The notes under the pieces were generated by a model. That model was not told the DNA's origin and did no database searches. It saw only the letters and a list, made by a program, of their open reading frames with translations. From the NCBI GenBank assembly GCA_002245135.1, contig NGBS01001163.1, positions 310,001 through 361,866 of the forward strand: DNA of 51,866 nt, given 5' to 3'. Origin of the DNA: Proteromonas lacertae. Its lineage: Eukaryota. Below, one piece after another: positions 34,912-44,921 of this stretch. Position numbers and translations under genes: made by a program. Position 1 is the first letter of the stretch, and the number at the start of each line of letters is the position of its first letter.

Positions 34912-36211
34912 ACTAAATCCTTTGATCCTTATATAGTATATAAATATAACCCTGATATCTCATCACAAGTTAATGGTGATTAGTCATGGCTATAACAATT
35001 TACTACAAAGTGCATTATCAATACACTTCCGAATAGATATAATGGTTCAAATATTATTAGGTGGAACAACATGGAGGAATAGATATTCTGACTTAATGGA
35101 GAGGTGGTCAGACAAATAAGATATGAGTGAGTTAATACCCTTAGTAAGGATGAGTTTAAGATTAAGGTAAATTCATAGACTTTATATAATAGCAAGTTTA
35201 TTTTACTATAATAGTAATACCTAAAATATGCTTGATGTAACTCGTCCAATTTGTTTTATTCTATTTTGTCGTTTTTTAATTGGGTTTATCAACTATTTTC
35301 GAAGAAAAAATATGTAATTTACATAATAAAAGGTATACAAAAAATAATAGATAAATATTTGATTAATAAAATTAAAAAAAGTGTCAAACAAGCCTTCAAA
35401 TCATTTACTATTATATTTGAATTTTTAAAACAGTATTCTAAAAAAAATTTGATACACTTAGTATTTTTATCGATGTTATGTTCATAACACTAGTTGTTGA
35501 GTTATTAATAGTTGTTCACAACAAAAGAGAACTCAATTTGTTGCATCCTAAAAAATATGACAATTTATATTTTTTAATCTTTCTTTTCTTCTGTTATAGT
35601 CATTCAATTTACTTATAAATGTTATAAGATTATTAAATTCAATAATATCTACAAATAATGATAAATATATTCTTCATGGATGGTATTATATTTTTATGAT
35701 TTTCATATATCCTTTACAAAGCAATAGAATATATAGAAAATGAGATAATTGTATGAAATTTATCCATAATACTAGTTATATTGCGTTTATCCTTCTTACA
35801 TAAGAAAGTTTTAGAAAAATAGTATAAATTTATATGTATTAGTTGTTATATTTTTACTACTATACACACATATTTATATATCCTAAATATTACACAAAAA
35901 TAAGTCTAATACATATTATAGTTATTATATTAAAAAATAAAAGTTGATGCAACAAAAAAAGAGGTGTATGAATTTGCTTTTTTCTATTTTTTACGACAAG
36001 CAGTCAATATTGTTAGTCAGTTATTATATATATTATACAGCAAGTATTATACTATATATAGTTGTTATTATAATTAAAAGAATATGTAAAACAAAGAAAA
36101 TATAAATGATTTAAAAATAGTACTCGACGCAACATATTTTGGATTCTACTATTATAGTATATGAATTTATTTTTACATTAGTTAGTTTAATAACATAAAA
36201 GTATAGAGAAT

Positions 36212-36928
36212 ATGAAATACATTTTTATTTTTGTTATTCTTATATTCAATATATTAAATTACTATAATGCTATCAATATAGTTGTTGTTATAAGTTCTTG
36301 TACAAAAAATAATAGAACTAATTTAAATATATCTTTAATACCTTATAAGGTTATAATCCTAAGGTGTAACAAGACTACAAATGCAATTGATTCAAGAGAA
36401 GCTGGTTTGATGTTGGATTTTATAATAGAATCTTACACTGATAAACGAAGATTTAAATACATATTCGTTCATGACCATATTAAATCGTGGCACAATAAAA
36501 TAAATATATATGATAGGTTAAAATATTTAAAGAAAATTAATTATTTAGAAAAAGTCACTTTTAGTGGAATATTTTGCTTATATATAGCATTCGGAAGAAG
36601 TAAAAAGCTTCAAAAAATATTTAATCGCACTTATGAAATAGATAAATATATGAGAAATAATAGATTTACATATCTGACATTATATCAATTATATAAAAAT
36701 AAGTATTTCTTTCCCTGTTGTGCTACATTTGTTGTTGATACTACAAGAATAAAAAAACGACCTAAAATATTTTACATAAATTTAAGGAAAGGAATAAAAC
36801 ATTATGTTAATAATATAGGAAATAATGATTTATCAGCAGTTTATATGGAATATTTGTGGAGTATTATTTTTGGAATCAATAACATTCCTAGACCTCCAGA
36901 TTGTAAAACATCTGATTTATATTTTTAA
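36212..36928 (+). CDS. DUF3431-like protein (putative glycosyltransferase)
   Basis: REAG.MLDFII, IFVHDH..SWH, PCCATFVV...I..RP..FY and MEYLWSIIFG motifs. Confidence 0.78.
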   Translation: MKYIFIFVILIFNILNYYNAINIVVVISSCTKNNRTNLNISLIPYKVIILRCNKTTNAIDSREAGLMLDFIIESYTDKRRFKYIFVHDHIKSWHNKINIYDRLKYLKKINYLEKVTFSGIFCLYIAFGRSKKLQKIFNRTYEIDKYMRNNRFTYLTLYQLYKNKYFFPCCATFVVDTTRIKKRPKIFYINLRKGIKHYVNNIGNNDLSAVYMEYLWSIIFGINNIPRPPDCKTSDLYF

Positions 36929-36976
36929 TACTCAAAAGATTACATTTGTGATTAAATAATGATTAATGAAAGAGAA

Positions 36977-38000
36977 TTATATGTAATATGCATTTAATAA
37001 AATTTCAATAGGATACAATCCATGAATGAATAATTTATTTTTTAAAGCAGATAGATTATGCTTTGGTTTATAAGTAATTTCTGATATTTTAGATATATCT
37101 AAATATTGTAAATTACAATACTTCATAATAAATCCAACCAAAACATCCTCAATCCAAATTATATTATTTGTAGTAGTTATAAATGTATTTATGCAGTTTA
37201 CTGCAGATGATCTAAAGAGAAATCCTGGTCCAGAGGGGTAAGAAGGTACTTTCATATATAATAGTGATTTGTTTTCGCAGTTTACTGACCATCTGCTTTT
37301 AATGAAGCATTTCAATTTTGGATGCTTATTAATTGCCCCTATAACTGTTACGTTTTTATTACATTTGTTAATTAAGTCAAATACCATACTAATATTAAAG
37401 TATGTATCATCATCAAGCTTCATAAACCATTCATATTTGCAATGATTATATGTATATAAAGCAAGACATAATTAGTGAACAATTGTAATATGAATTATGT
37501 ACATTAAATGTAATAATGTCATTATATTTCTCAACTTCTTTTCTAAGTTTTCTATTAGTCCTTTCATTATATGAAAATCCAGTTATAAAAATATATTTAA
37601 TTTTCTTTATTCCAATAACTAATCTTCTCATAATCATTCTTTCATATAAAAATTCAGGTCTTGTGAGTATTCCTATTAATAATAATTCATTTGAACATTC
37701 AATTTTGTTATAAGAATAACAATAAAACAACATGTTCGATCCTATATAAGATTTGTGTGGTGTAACAGCTATTGTAGGTTTTTTATAATTAATTCTTTTC
37801 CTTCCGCAAGATAAATCTTCAAAATACTTTACACATTTTAAATATATGATAATATCTTTATCTATAGTAATATTTGTTTTTGTAAAATCATCAATATATG
37901 ATTTAATATCATTATTTATATAGTATAAATAATTAATAACAAATATAGTTATTCCAAATATTAATAAATTAATATTTTTAGCATGATATATATTTTGCAT
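36977..38000 (-). pseudogene. GT31 beta-1,3-galactosyltransferase-like; frameshift near 37450
   Basis: EVEKYNDII, WFMKLDDDTYFN, PSYPSGPGF and IEDVLVG motifs. Confidence 0.88.
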
Positions 38001-38029
38001 AAATTGATGTATTTGATTAGTTATAACTA

Positions 38030-38896
38030 ATGATAGTTAAAACTGTTAATATTTGTTTTTTAATCATAATAACTATATATATAACTTTGAATGTTAATTA
38101 TACATCATTTGATTGTCCTATGCTTTATAAAGTGTTTGTAACTGGATCATCATCTAACCATTTTCATTTATTAATACTGATGATATATAGATTATATATT
38201 GTTGAAAATAATATATGCTTAGTTATATGGAATTTAGGTCTATCAGCTAAACAGAAAAAAGAGTTATTAGCAGCTGAAAAATATGTTATACGAACAGGAA
38301 AATCTATAAAAATATTCAATTACTTATTTAATTATAGTAACTATCCTCCTCATTTTAACATAAATAAAAACAGTGGATATTACGCTTGGAAGCCTATTAT
38401 TATATACACAACCTATAAGATATTTAAAAAAAATATTCTATGGTTAGATGCAGGATGTTTTGTAAAAAATAAATTGGACTATGAATATAATGAGATTGTA
38501 AGAAATGAAGTTTGGTCAATTAGTTCAGGAACTACTATAAAGAGATATACTCATATTAATTTATTAAATTTATTAGATGTTAAAATAAATTTGTATAATA
38601 AAACCATGTGTGCAGGTGGAGTTATTGGATTGTATTATCCATCAACAACTGTTGATTATATAATGAACATGTGGTCATCATGTGCTTATATAAGGAAATG
38701 CATATCACCAAATGGTGCAAATCTTAAAAACCACAGAAATGATCAGAGTGTTATTTCTATACTACTATATCAAAATAATTTCAGCTGTGATAAAGTAAAA
38801 GGCATGAATTTTGATACTCATTTTGATTCTCATTATAAACAATACAACAACAAAAGATACCATGAATACATATCTATTATAGAAAAACTATCATAA
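38030..38896 (+). CDS. DUF1647-like putative glycosyltransferase
   Basis: FVTGSSSNHF, NLGLS, FNYSNYP, YAWKPII, WLDAG, CA...CISPNG and HRNDQS motifs. Confidence 0.8.
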   Translation: MIVKTVNICFLIIITIYITLNVNYTSFDCPMLYKVFVTGSSSNHFHLLILMIYRLYIVENNICLVIWNLGLSAKQKKELLAAEKYVIRTGKSIKIFNYLFNYSNYPPHFNINKNSGYYAWKPIIIYTTYKIFKKNILWLDAGCFVKNKLDYEYNEIVRNEVWSISSGTTIKRYTHINLLNLLDVKINLYNKTMCAGGVIGLYYPSTTVDYIMNMWSSCAYIRKCISPNGANLKNHRNDQSVISILLYQNNFSCDKVKGMNFDTHFDSHYKQYNNKRYHEYISIIEKLS

Positions 38897-38927
38897 TTAT
38901 ATGTTTTTAAAATCTAATAAATTTAAA

Positions 38928-39949
38928 TTACAGTTTAATATTTCTATTGACATAGTTACAGATTTTACAATAGCTGAATGAGTATTTATAATTGAATCTA
39001 TTAAACCATTCTTGTGATATATTTCTATGCCAAATCAGATGAGGTTCAAGCAATGTAGGTTGTACAATCAATTTATTAATATAATTAGTCAAATTTTTTA
39101 ATGTTTCAAATTTGTTAAAATTAATAATAGCTAGAGGATGTGGAAGAAATTTATCAATTGTCTTTGGTCCGAAATATATCGGAATACAACCTGCCAACAA
39201 ACAATCAGTTAGTTTCTCAGTTACATAATCATTATTTATATCAGGAGCTTCGAATTTACTACCTTTTTTCCATGTTATAACAGAATTTTCTATAGCTATA
39301 CAGAATTTATATTGTTTTAGAAGTTGTATTTTATTTTTCTAGAAATTGATTTAGGCCACTTTTTGTTATTTAAGTCATTACCATAAGAATCTATAGATAA
39401 GTATTTCATAAGTTTTTGAACAACATATTGTCTATTGTAATAGTGAACTTTTTGGATATACACTATATCTTTTCGTTTTAAAAAATCATTTAAACTTCTA
39501 AAATTTTCTTTTGATCTTCTAATAAAATCTATAAAGTCAAAGGTTGAATATATTGGATAGGATAAATGCCACTTATTGTTAAATAATCTGTAATCCACTG
39601 CTAAATGATAATACTTATTAATGCCATTTCCTATATCTTTCATAAAATTTACTTGGCTTAATTTTTCTGTTGTCATAACAATGTTATATGAATTATTATT
39701 CTTTATAGGAAATATTCTATTGCCATTGTATATTATAGCATCATATATTTTGTTTGTATAATTTATAAAATTGCATGTGTATGTAGCAGACAGTGATTTG
39801 CAAATTATTGATTTTTCAGGAAGTTTATAGTAGTTCTTAAATGAATTTCCAATTAAAATATTAATATAATTAGAAATTCTATTATTATAAAATCTTTGGA
39901 TCATCATAATCATTATGATAAAAAGGAATATAGTGTTTATCATTATCAT
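38928..39949 (-). pseudogene. GT10 alpha-1,3/4-fucosyltransferase; frameshift near 39330
   Basis: IDSYG, then in a shifted frame YKFCIAIENS...DYVTEKL...AGCIPIYFG, the GT10 alpha-1,3 motif. Confidence 0.92.
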
Positions 39950-40078
39950 TTAAAATTATTGATATATTATATAATGTTTAATTAGTTAATAATTGAATGC
40001 TTTATAAATATTATATATAAAAATATAAAATAGAGAGATATTGAGTAAAGAATAAAGTAAATAGAATCTATTTGATTT

Positions 40079-40921
40079 TTACATGTTTTTATTACAATGA
40101 GAGTATATATAACTCATATTTCTATTACTTATTCCATGTACTGCTAAATATATCATGAAATCTTTACAATTGTTAAATCTATTCTTCCTTTTATAATAAC
40201 GATTTATTCTTTTTATTTTAATTCTATAGTCTTTTAAATATAATCCAAGTTGAATATCTTCTCGATAGATTAAATATCTACTAGATAAATTCATAGTGCT
40301 TATAAAACTATTCCATCTTTTAAATTTAGGAAATATGTAGAAACTCCCAGCAACAAATTCTGGCAATGTAATATATGTATAAATTGTATTTGGTATATAA
40401 TTGGAATGATTTCTATTTCTGTTTGTTATCATTTCTGGATAATAATAACCATATATTATTAGTTTAAATTCTGTATATAAGTTAATAAAAAGAATAATTA
40501 ATTGGAGATTTGGATATACATCGCTATCTACTTTAATAATAAAATCAAAATAATTACTTATTGTTTTTGTCCAATTGTATATTAACATTGTTGAAATGGT
40601 TAAATTAAAATAGCTATCTATAAATGAAAATTCAATTATATCACCTTCTTTATGGTTATAATGAATGGAGCTCAATCCTGTATAAAATATTACTCTGATG
40701 TTTAATCTATTGTTGTATATTCCCCATGTATTTCTTATTATCATTCTTTTAATTAGATTACTACTACATATAGGAACAAGTATTAAAACTTTGTAAAAAT
40801 TTTTAACTTCAATATTTTCAATTATACTAAAATATGATGGTTGCAATACAATAAATTGTTGACTGATATTTTTAGAATAACCTTGACAATGCATATCATT
40901 AAATAAAATATAACATATCAT
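40079..40921 (-). CDS. GT31 beta-1,3-galactosyltransferase-like
   Basis: RMIIRNTWG, GDIIEFSFIDSYFNLT, IKVDSDVY, PEFVAGSFY and EDIQLG motifs. Confidence 0.88.
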   Translation of the reverse strand: MICYILFNDMHCQGYSKNISQQFIVLQPSYFSIIENIEVKNFYKVLILVPICSSNLIKRMIIRNTWGIYNNRLNIRVIFYTGLSSIHYNHKEGDIIEFSFIDSYFNLTISTMLIYNWTKTISNYFDFIIKVDSDVYPNLQLIILFINLYTEFKLIIYGYYYPEMITNRNRNHSNYIPNTIYTYITLPEFVAGSFYIFPKFKRWNSFISTMNLSSRYLIYREDIQLGLYLKDYRIKIKRINRYYKRKNRFNNCKDFMIYLAVHGISNRNMSYIYSHCNKNM

Positions 40922-40997
40922 ATATAGAAATATGCATAAATCAATACAATGATAATAATAATATTTAAGTATTTTAAAGAGATATTATTATTAATAA

Positions 40998-41804
40998 TTA
41001 TATTATACAATTAAAATCTTTTATATAAAAACCTAATGGTTTTTTAAAAATAGCTACTTTATATCCTTTAACAACTATTCTGGAAATAAAATCTAAATCT
41101 TCAGTTGAATGAAGTGACTCATTAAATTTTATGAATTTCATTATGCTTCTTTTTAATGAAGGCCAACCATTTGTTATAAAGAATCTATTAGATACATCAC
41201 ATTTATATATTCTATTATCAAATGAAAATGTATTTCTGCATCTCTCTTTAATTTCATTATATTGATTTGTCACAGCATATTTGCTGTACAATCCTGATAA
41301 ATTGTACCTATCTAATTGATTATAATATCTAGTTGATGGATGGAACATTATATCTATATTTCTGTTTTCATAAAATAGTTTGAGTATAATGTAAATTCTA
41401 TATACTGACATAGTATCATCAACATCAAAAAATGATATGATTGAACAATGAGAATTAACAAACCCAACATTCCTGTTTGAAGCTGCATTGTGTTTATTTT
41501 TTCTATATACAATAATTAATTCATTTGTACATTTTTTTAATTTTTCTGATTTATATAATATTTTGTCAAAAGTTCTGAATGAAATGCCTGAGATCACAAG
41601 AACTATTTCATGAGGTTTTACTACTGACCTACATACACTTCTTACTAGATTATAATAGCATCTGTTGTAATCTTCATATGTTGAAGGAATTATCAAAGAC
41701 AAACAAAAAGGATAATCAGTTGTAATTTGTTTAATATATACTTTATTAAATAAATAATTAATTAATAATAAAAATAAAATATAAAATGTATTTTTAATAA
41801 TTAT
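40998..41804 (-). CDS. GT2-family glycosyltransferase (no ATG at the anchor; ATA at 41804)
   Basis: SLIIPS, EIVLV, AASNRNVG, ISFFDVDD and EDLDF. The frame stays open upstream through a TM segment. Confidence 0.82.
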   Translation of the reverse strand: MIIKNTFYILFLLLINYLFNKVYIKQITTDYPFCLSLIIPSTYEDYNRCYYNLVRSVCRSVVKPHEIVLVISGISFRTFDKILYKSEKLKKCTNELIIVYRKNKHNAASNRNVGFVNSHCSIISFFDVDDTMSVYRIYIILKLFYENRNIDIMFHPSTRYYNQLDRYNLSGLYSKYAVTNQYNEIKERCRNTFSFDNRIYKCDVSNRFFITNGWPSLKRSIMKFIKFNESLHSTEDLDFISRIVVKGYKVAIFKKPLGFYIKDFNCII

Positions 41805-42009
41805 AATAATGTAGCTTCTATAAAACTAATAATAATGTCAAAAAATTATTGAATAGTATCAAACAACACTAAATTTATATCACTATGCTTAATTTATTTT
41901 CATATCTCTTGATTTTAATTCTTGGTATTAAACTCATATAATCCATAATATAGCAATATATAACTAATGCTTTTAAGATATTTTATTAACTAAGTCACGA
42001 AGAAAATAA

Positions 42010-42148
42010 AAAAGGAATAATAATAGCTGGTAATAGGAATCTAACCACTAATGATAGTATTTCAATAGTTGGATAATAATTCAATTAGTAATTTTACTTC
42101 GTCAAATGCAACTCAGCATAGAATAACAATTCAGTCAGCGCTATTACT
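42010..42148 (-). ncRNA. Second Pol III B-box-like small-RNA candidate
   Basis: cattagtggttagattccta matches 8814-8833 at 19/20. Terminal stem taatagc(g)ctg / cagctatta, followed by a T run. Confidence 0.3.
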
Positions 42149-42224
42149 TAATGATTAATATTAGAAGTAATGTTACATATACTTAATGACAATTGGATCA
42201 TCATTTTATATTTAAATAATATAT

Positions 42225-43301
42225 ATGGTGATTTTAGTTCTGCAAATATTTGTTATTCTTTTGTTATATATGATTGTAAACATAAGTAATAATTATTTAT
42301 TAATAATAATACCATCAGATGTATACTATTTACATATGATAAGAAACTTTTACATATCTAACATACAAAAATATAATTTATCTAATAAATTTAGAGTAGT
42401 TGCATATACTTATGAGATGTTTTTAAAATGTAAAGAATATGGAGTTCCTGTTGAAAAGATGGATAAACAAATAGAAGAAGATAATAATTCTTACAAAATT
42501 TCTTCATTTAATTTCATTAGAAAAACTAGATTAAAACATCCAATAATTCTTAAATACTTAAAACGCTATAAGTTCATATTATTTTTAGATGCAGATGTAT
42601 TCTTTTTTGTTAATCCATTAAGATTATTAGAATTATTTAACAATCAAACCGATATAATGATGCCATGCGATGATTCAGGTTGTTCTGTACTTAATTATGG
42701 TTTTCTTTTAATTAAAAGATCGAAAAAAACAATAAAATATATAAAGCAATTGATATTAATAGAAAAGAGATGCAAATCATATCAATGGAAAGATGGAGAA
42801 CAAGGTATAGCCAATAGATATATGAAAAAAATATCATATTTAAGATTTCAAAAAATCAAAATTAACATATTTATGGATGGATTTAATTTCTTCAATTTAT
42901 ATTCGTTTGATATTAAAAATATATCATCTAATTTAATTGGATTTCATAATGATTTTACTATAGGTATTGACTCAAAAATGTATAGACTTAAGGAATTAGG
43001 GCTATATTTTTTAAATGATGAACTTATGAAGAGGGAAAGAATGTATTTATACTATAATGGAACTACAAGCCTAAACATTGTTCATACTATGAAAATATTA
43101 TCAAATCTCATATATATATGTAAAATAGCAAATAGAATACTTGCATTACCAAAATTTGAATGTAATAAATCAAGAAAATGTACATTTGTGGAGTTATTCA
43201 ATATTGAATTTTTTAACAAATGCAAAATTGAATATATAGAAAATATATCTTTTATTACTATTCTGTCAAATATTCTTATAGAATTCTTAATCTATTCATA
43301 A
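42225..43301 (+). CDS. GT77 / nucleotide-diphospho-sugar transferase family
   Basis: Signal anchor; ILFLDADVFFFVNP, LNYGF, EQG..N and FHND..G...K..RLKE.GL motifs. Confidence 0.85.
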   Translation: MVILVLQIFVILLLYMIVNISNNYLLIIIPSDVYYLHMIRNFYISNIQKYNLSNKFRVVAYTYEMFLKCKEYGVPVEKMDKQIEEDNNSYKISSFNFIRKTRLKHPIILKYLKRYKFILFLDADVFFFVNPLRLLELFNNQTDIMMPCDDSGCSVLNYGFLLIKRSKKTIKYIKQLILIEKRCKSYQWKDGEQGIANRYMKKISYLRFQKIKINIFMDGFNFFNLYSFDIKNISSNLIGFHNDFTIGIDSKMYRLKELGLYFLNDELMKRERMYLYYNGTTSLNIVHTMKILSNLIYICKIANRILALPKFECNKSRKCTFVELFNIEFFNKCKIEYIENISFITILSNILIEFLIYS

Positions 43302-44198
43302 TTTAATAAATAAAATAATAAAGAGTGAACCAAGCAATTCCTTGTACATTCATAGTAACAAAAATAATATTTTAATAATTAAGACAAAAGTTATAATATT
43401 GGATAATTTAATAATGAATAACAATTTAATTATCAACAAATGCTTGATAAAAGATAATTTTTGGCAATTAAAATCATCTCGTTGTAAATATTAACATTTA
43501 AAACAATATAACATTATGCAACATTAGCAACAGACCTATAAATATAATGAAATGAATATTGTTTTTAATGATCAAGAATTTATCTTGTTACTAAAAGTAA
43601 GTTTGTAAAGACTCTAAAAAGTCATAACAAATAGTAATACTTTTTAACTAAGTTTTATTATTTTTGTTATTGAAACTTTATTAAAGTAATAGCTGAAGGA
43701 TTATGTGTTTCTCAGATGAGAATATATATGGTGTTATGAAGATAAATGCAGATATAGAATTTACACCTTCACAAATTGGTGTTATGAATATACTTATTCC
43801 TCGCTTATCGATTAGCAATATATTCTATTTCTTTTATATTATTATTATTACTTTCTGTGTAAATTAAAAAAATATGTAAAAATCAAATCACTGGAATTTA
43901 ATGGAATAATTATGGACATAAAAAGGATTTTTAAATACTACTGGATTCATTTGTTGATATCTAACATTATGGAATTTAATGAAAGTACCAAGAGGTGGAA
44001 ATTGATTAATAATTCCTTTTTGTGGTTAAAAATTCTCTTTTTGATTTTGATTTATCATATAAGCTGTTGATAAAATACAGAAACAATATGAAAATGCGGT
44101 GTAGTAATTATGGCATTTTGTACCTTAGTTATTGTTGTGCGCCGTTGAGCTAAATGCGCCGTTTAGCGTTAAGAAGACTTTTTTCAATTCTAATATCA

Positions 44199-44476
44199 TA
44201 AACGTAACCTCTGGCCCTTCAATATTACTAATCAACGCTTTGTTTTCCAAAATAGTTACGTTGGCCTAATATCGTATAGTCGTGTTTAGGTTCCTGTACG
44301 GGAAACACTTTTTATTTTTATACTATTTTAAAAGCTTATAACAATAGTAGACATCGGGATAAAGGTTTTAAATAGAAAAGGAATACCTAATTATTGCATT
44401 TACCTGCTTAAAATTTAATTTGAAAAAAGAGGATTGAATGAGGCTTGAATAGATTTTTTATTTTTTCGTTTTTAAG
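44199..44476 (+). repeat. 278-bp direct repeat, right copy
   Basis: Matches 14519-14796 at a constant offset of 29,680 bp. Confidence 0.97.
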
Positions 44477-44535
44477 TGTCTTAACATCTAAATATGTGTG
44501 ATTTAATTGATTAAAAATATAATATAAATGGATGA

Positions 44536-44866
44536 AATCCTCTTTTATAGAGGATCCTCTTCTAAAAGAGGATTTTTATATCCTCTCTGAAAGAGGAAAG
44601 AGGATTTTTATATCCTCTTTGAAAGAGGAAATTTAATTTTTATAAAATCCTCTTATTGAAAAAGATGACAAATGAAAAATCCTCCCTGCTAAACATAATA
44701 TTATTGAAAAAATTTGAAACCTCTACTGATCAATTATTAAAAAATTTTCGTCCAATATGATACCATCATACTAGAGGATTATAATATATTATGTGTCTAT
44801 CTGACCAGCCCCCCTGTGGGGGGCCGATGGGGGGCGGGGAGAGGACTAGACTATAGTATAGACTAG
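44536..44866. repeat. ATCCTCT/AGAGGAT iteron-hairpin array plus GC-rich hairpin and G tracts (candidate terminal/origin region of element 2)
   Basis: Alternating-orientation TCCTCT/AGAGGA units with a 32-bp-period duplication (44565-44631). gcccccc-tgt-ggggggc hairpin and G runs at 44808-44843. Confidence 0.8.
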
Positions 44867-44921
44867 AATAGATTGAAACAAAAATAAGAATATAGAATCA
44901 GTATATAATATTAGAGGAAAT

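Noticed and set aside
35538..35955. Possible MITE ends (ttgttgcatc / gatgcaacaa) in the spacer between the two GT sub-blocks
   Set aside because: The match is only 10 bp with no TSD and cannot be distinguished from chance.
1142..37713. Short antisense or low-complexity ORFs (e.g. 1142-1336, 1549-1809, 6479-6688, 12846-13160, 13917-14132, 14728-14916, 15856-16086, 20937-21401, 33134-33328, 34980-35487, 37516-37713)
   Set aside because: These are shadows of real genes or chance ORFs in AT-rich DNA with no motifs.
19826..43301. Bacterial contaminant contig
   Set aside because: Genes carry type II signal anchors, include largely eukaryotic families (GT31, GT77, DUF1647), alternate strands rather than forming operons, and are tied to the flanks by shared repeats. 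Read-level confirmation is still advisable.
43690..43870. FSDE peptide resembling the first Tc1/mariner catalytic motif
   Set aside because: No further DDE motifs, TIRs or sustained ORF were found.
14519..44476. Direct repeats as retroviral LTRs
   Set aside because: The two copies do not share TG...CA ends, and I found no TSD, primer-binding site, polypurine tract or gag/RT between them.
44536..44660. CRISPR-like array
   Set aside because: Units alternate in orientation with no unique spacers, there are no cas genes, and the context is eukaryotic.
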